From Euprymna scolopes (taxonomy: Eukaryota): a stretch of DNA of 64,000 nt. Below the pieces are notes generated by a model. That model saw nothing but the letters and a program-made list of their open reading frames with translations. It ran no database searches and was not told the origin of the DNA. This document shows positions 62,013 to 64,000 of this stretch, piece after piece (within the stretch, counting starts at the first letter, position 1; each line of letters begins with the position of its first letter). The translations under genes and the position numbers were made by a program. Location: NCBI GenBank assembly GCA_053919585.1, contig CM132792.1; one strand, 5' to 3'.

Positions 62013-62254
62013 ATATTTGTTTATTGTTATATAAACATGGTCACATCCTACTGCTACAAATAGCCACTTGTTTCAATCAAACAACAGATATCATCAGGCA
62101 GCGACTTGACTATTCAAAAGTTCAATGAATAAGGTTATTCATTGAACTTTTGAATAGTCAAGTTGCTGCCTGATGATATCTGTTGTTTGATTGAAACAAG
62201 TGGCTATTTGTAGCAGTAGGATGTGACCATGTTTATATAACAATAAACAAATAT
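62013..62254. repeat. 242-bp near-perfect palindrome (120-bp arms, 2-nt GG loop, one mismatch)
   Basis: 62013-62132 is the reverse complement of 62135-62254 except G62103 opposite T62164. Confidence 0.97.
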
Positions 62255-62559
62255 ATATATATATATATATATATACTTCTATAAAAAAATTTTTGTGTTG
62301 ATATATTAAAAACCCTTTTTTCTATCTATTTAAAAAGAAAATACAACTTTATTTATAGGTCATGGAATTGCATTCATCTACAAAAGATCTAGCTAATTTG
62401 CATATTCTTTTAAACATTTATTTTAATTAATTCCCTATTAATTTTTTCAGTTTTCTTATGGGATGATCATCTTTTAACTATTACGTGTAATTATATTCAT
62501 GCAGATATTCTACATGATTTATACTTGCGTAAAAAGGTTATAGTAAACACAAACCTCTT

Positions 62560-63048
62560 TCTATATATATATTTGTTTTAAAAAATTTACCCATCAAACT
62601 CCTGTCAGTTTTTGGCTTACAGATATGAAACTTAATAGGTAGGGTTTTTGAACCGATGTAAAACTTTATATTTGGGTTTTAGCCTGGGGAAAATTGGTGC
62701 AAAAATGTGAAAATTCAAGAAACAAAATTTGCCAGGTCAAGGTCGAACGACAGCATTATGAATGAGTGACGTAATAGCTATTGGTTCATGTTATAATTTT
62801 TTACCTTGCAGCAAACATTTCTTCATAGCTCAGGCATTAACGTCAAAGGAAAAAGTAATTCGTGAGCTAAATGTTTTGGTTTTGATTCTCGGTGGTGGTG
62901 CACAAGTTATTTTATTTTTTTTTTTTACTTTTTAAATCATTACTATATATTGGGTCCAATGGAATATAATAATAAATACGAAATCTGCATTAATCAAAAT
63001 ATCATATTAAGCATATTTTACGACTGGGCAATTTCGGACAGCCTGTTA

Positions 63049-63049
<1 letters not shown>
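62560..63049 (+). mobile_element. Probable degenerate non-autonomous Helitron
   Basis: TCTATATATAT start; decayed 3' end CTGGGCAATTTCGG...TTAG|T. Confidence 0.4.
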
Positions 63050-63086
<37 letters not shown>

Positions 63087-63226
63087 TTGTTTCTAATATA
63101 CTGAATTTTACTGATTACGTATAATTCAGTAAATTTAATATACCAATGAATTTTTAAGCTAAAAGGAGATGACTTAAAATATAAGCTACAAAATTATATT
63201 TCATAATTGAACATTCATATACTGTA

Positions 63227-64000
63227 CGAGATGCGTGCAATAAGTAATGCTCCTGACCCACTTCCCATAGCAGTAGAGCAACGAAACTTTGCACAGTTAT
63301 TAGCCTTTCTCTATATAGGAACCACTCAGTTATGCATTTCTCCCATCGTTTGATGCAGCTCTGGAGACCGTTTTTGTAGAACACCCCAGGTTGGTCCTCT
63401 AACCACAACGTAACTGCGGAAATCAAGGCTGCATCATCTGGGAAACGCTTTCCTTTAAAAAAAAACTTCATGGTTACGGAGAGGTGAAAGTCAGAGGGTG
63501 CAAAGTCAGGAGAGTAGGGAGGATGAGGAATGATTTCATAACCACACACCCGTGGTTCTGATCTGGCGACATGCGAATTGTAGACCGGAGCGTTGTCGTG
63601 CAGAAGGAGGGTACCTTTGCTAATCTTGCCCCACCTCTTGATTTTGATAGCTTCCCTTAATTTCCTCAAAAGTGAAGCATAATAGGCTCCTGTAATTGTG
63701 GTACCCTTTGCCAGGAAATCTGTCATCACTACTCCATCCTGGTCCCAGAAGACTGAAAGCATGACGTTGCCAGCAGAGGGCTGCACCCTTGCCTTCTTTG
63801 GAGGTGGTAAGTCCAAATGCTTCCACTGCATTGACTGGGCTTTGGTCTCTGGATCATAGTGATGGACCCAGGTTTCATCCTGTGTAATCAGTCTTTTGAA
63901 TAACTTTGACTCATCTTCTTGGCATCTCTCCAAATTCATCCTTGAGCACTTGACGCGTTCTCGCTTTTAGAATGGTGTTAGCCAAGCTAATCAAGAACCT
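63227..64000 (-). mobile_element. mariner (DD34D) transposon, 3' part; probably continues beyond the window
   Basis: ORF 63154-63939: ITQDETWVHHYDPE, LLHDNAP, HPPYSPDFAPSDFH with exactly 34 residues between D2 and D3; TIR TA|CGAGATGCGTGCAATAAGTAATG at 63227; C-terminal frameshift. Confidence 0.95.

Overview
AT-rich eukaryotic DNA from an invertebrate-type animal genome (inferred from composition and repeat content), with no operons, rRNA, intact tRNA genes or CRISPR arrays. Most of the window is transposon-filled intronic sequence. Three to four small GT-AG exons on the + strand (1319-1444, 26449-26514, 29054-29121, possibly 38479-38548) splice in phase into an unidentified protein. Between them lie: CR1/L2-group LINEs of two families, RTE fragments, a Ty3/gypsy remnant with LTR and PBS, a solo LTR, a copia gag relic, Merlin, Chapaev3, hAT and Tc1/mariner elements, non-autonomous Helitrons and a Helentron/DINE-1-like element, several foldback palindromes and a 42-bp minisatellite. 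The most interesting signal is a Penelope (GIY-YIG) retroelement whose pseudo-LTR combines a tRNA-like Pol III head with a hammerhead-ribozyme-like core. Two nearby ORF-less relatives start at the tRNA head and carry the same inverted-copy signature, suggesting Pol III-driven, ribozyme-bearing SINEs mobilised by Penelope. Other notable structures are an alternating A-B-A-B head-to-tail Helitron array, a 242-bp near-perfect palindrome, and a hAT element expanded to 10 kb by nested insertions. All calls were made by eye without database searches.
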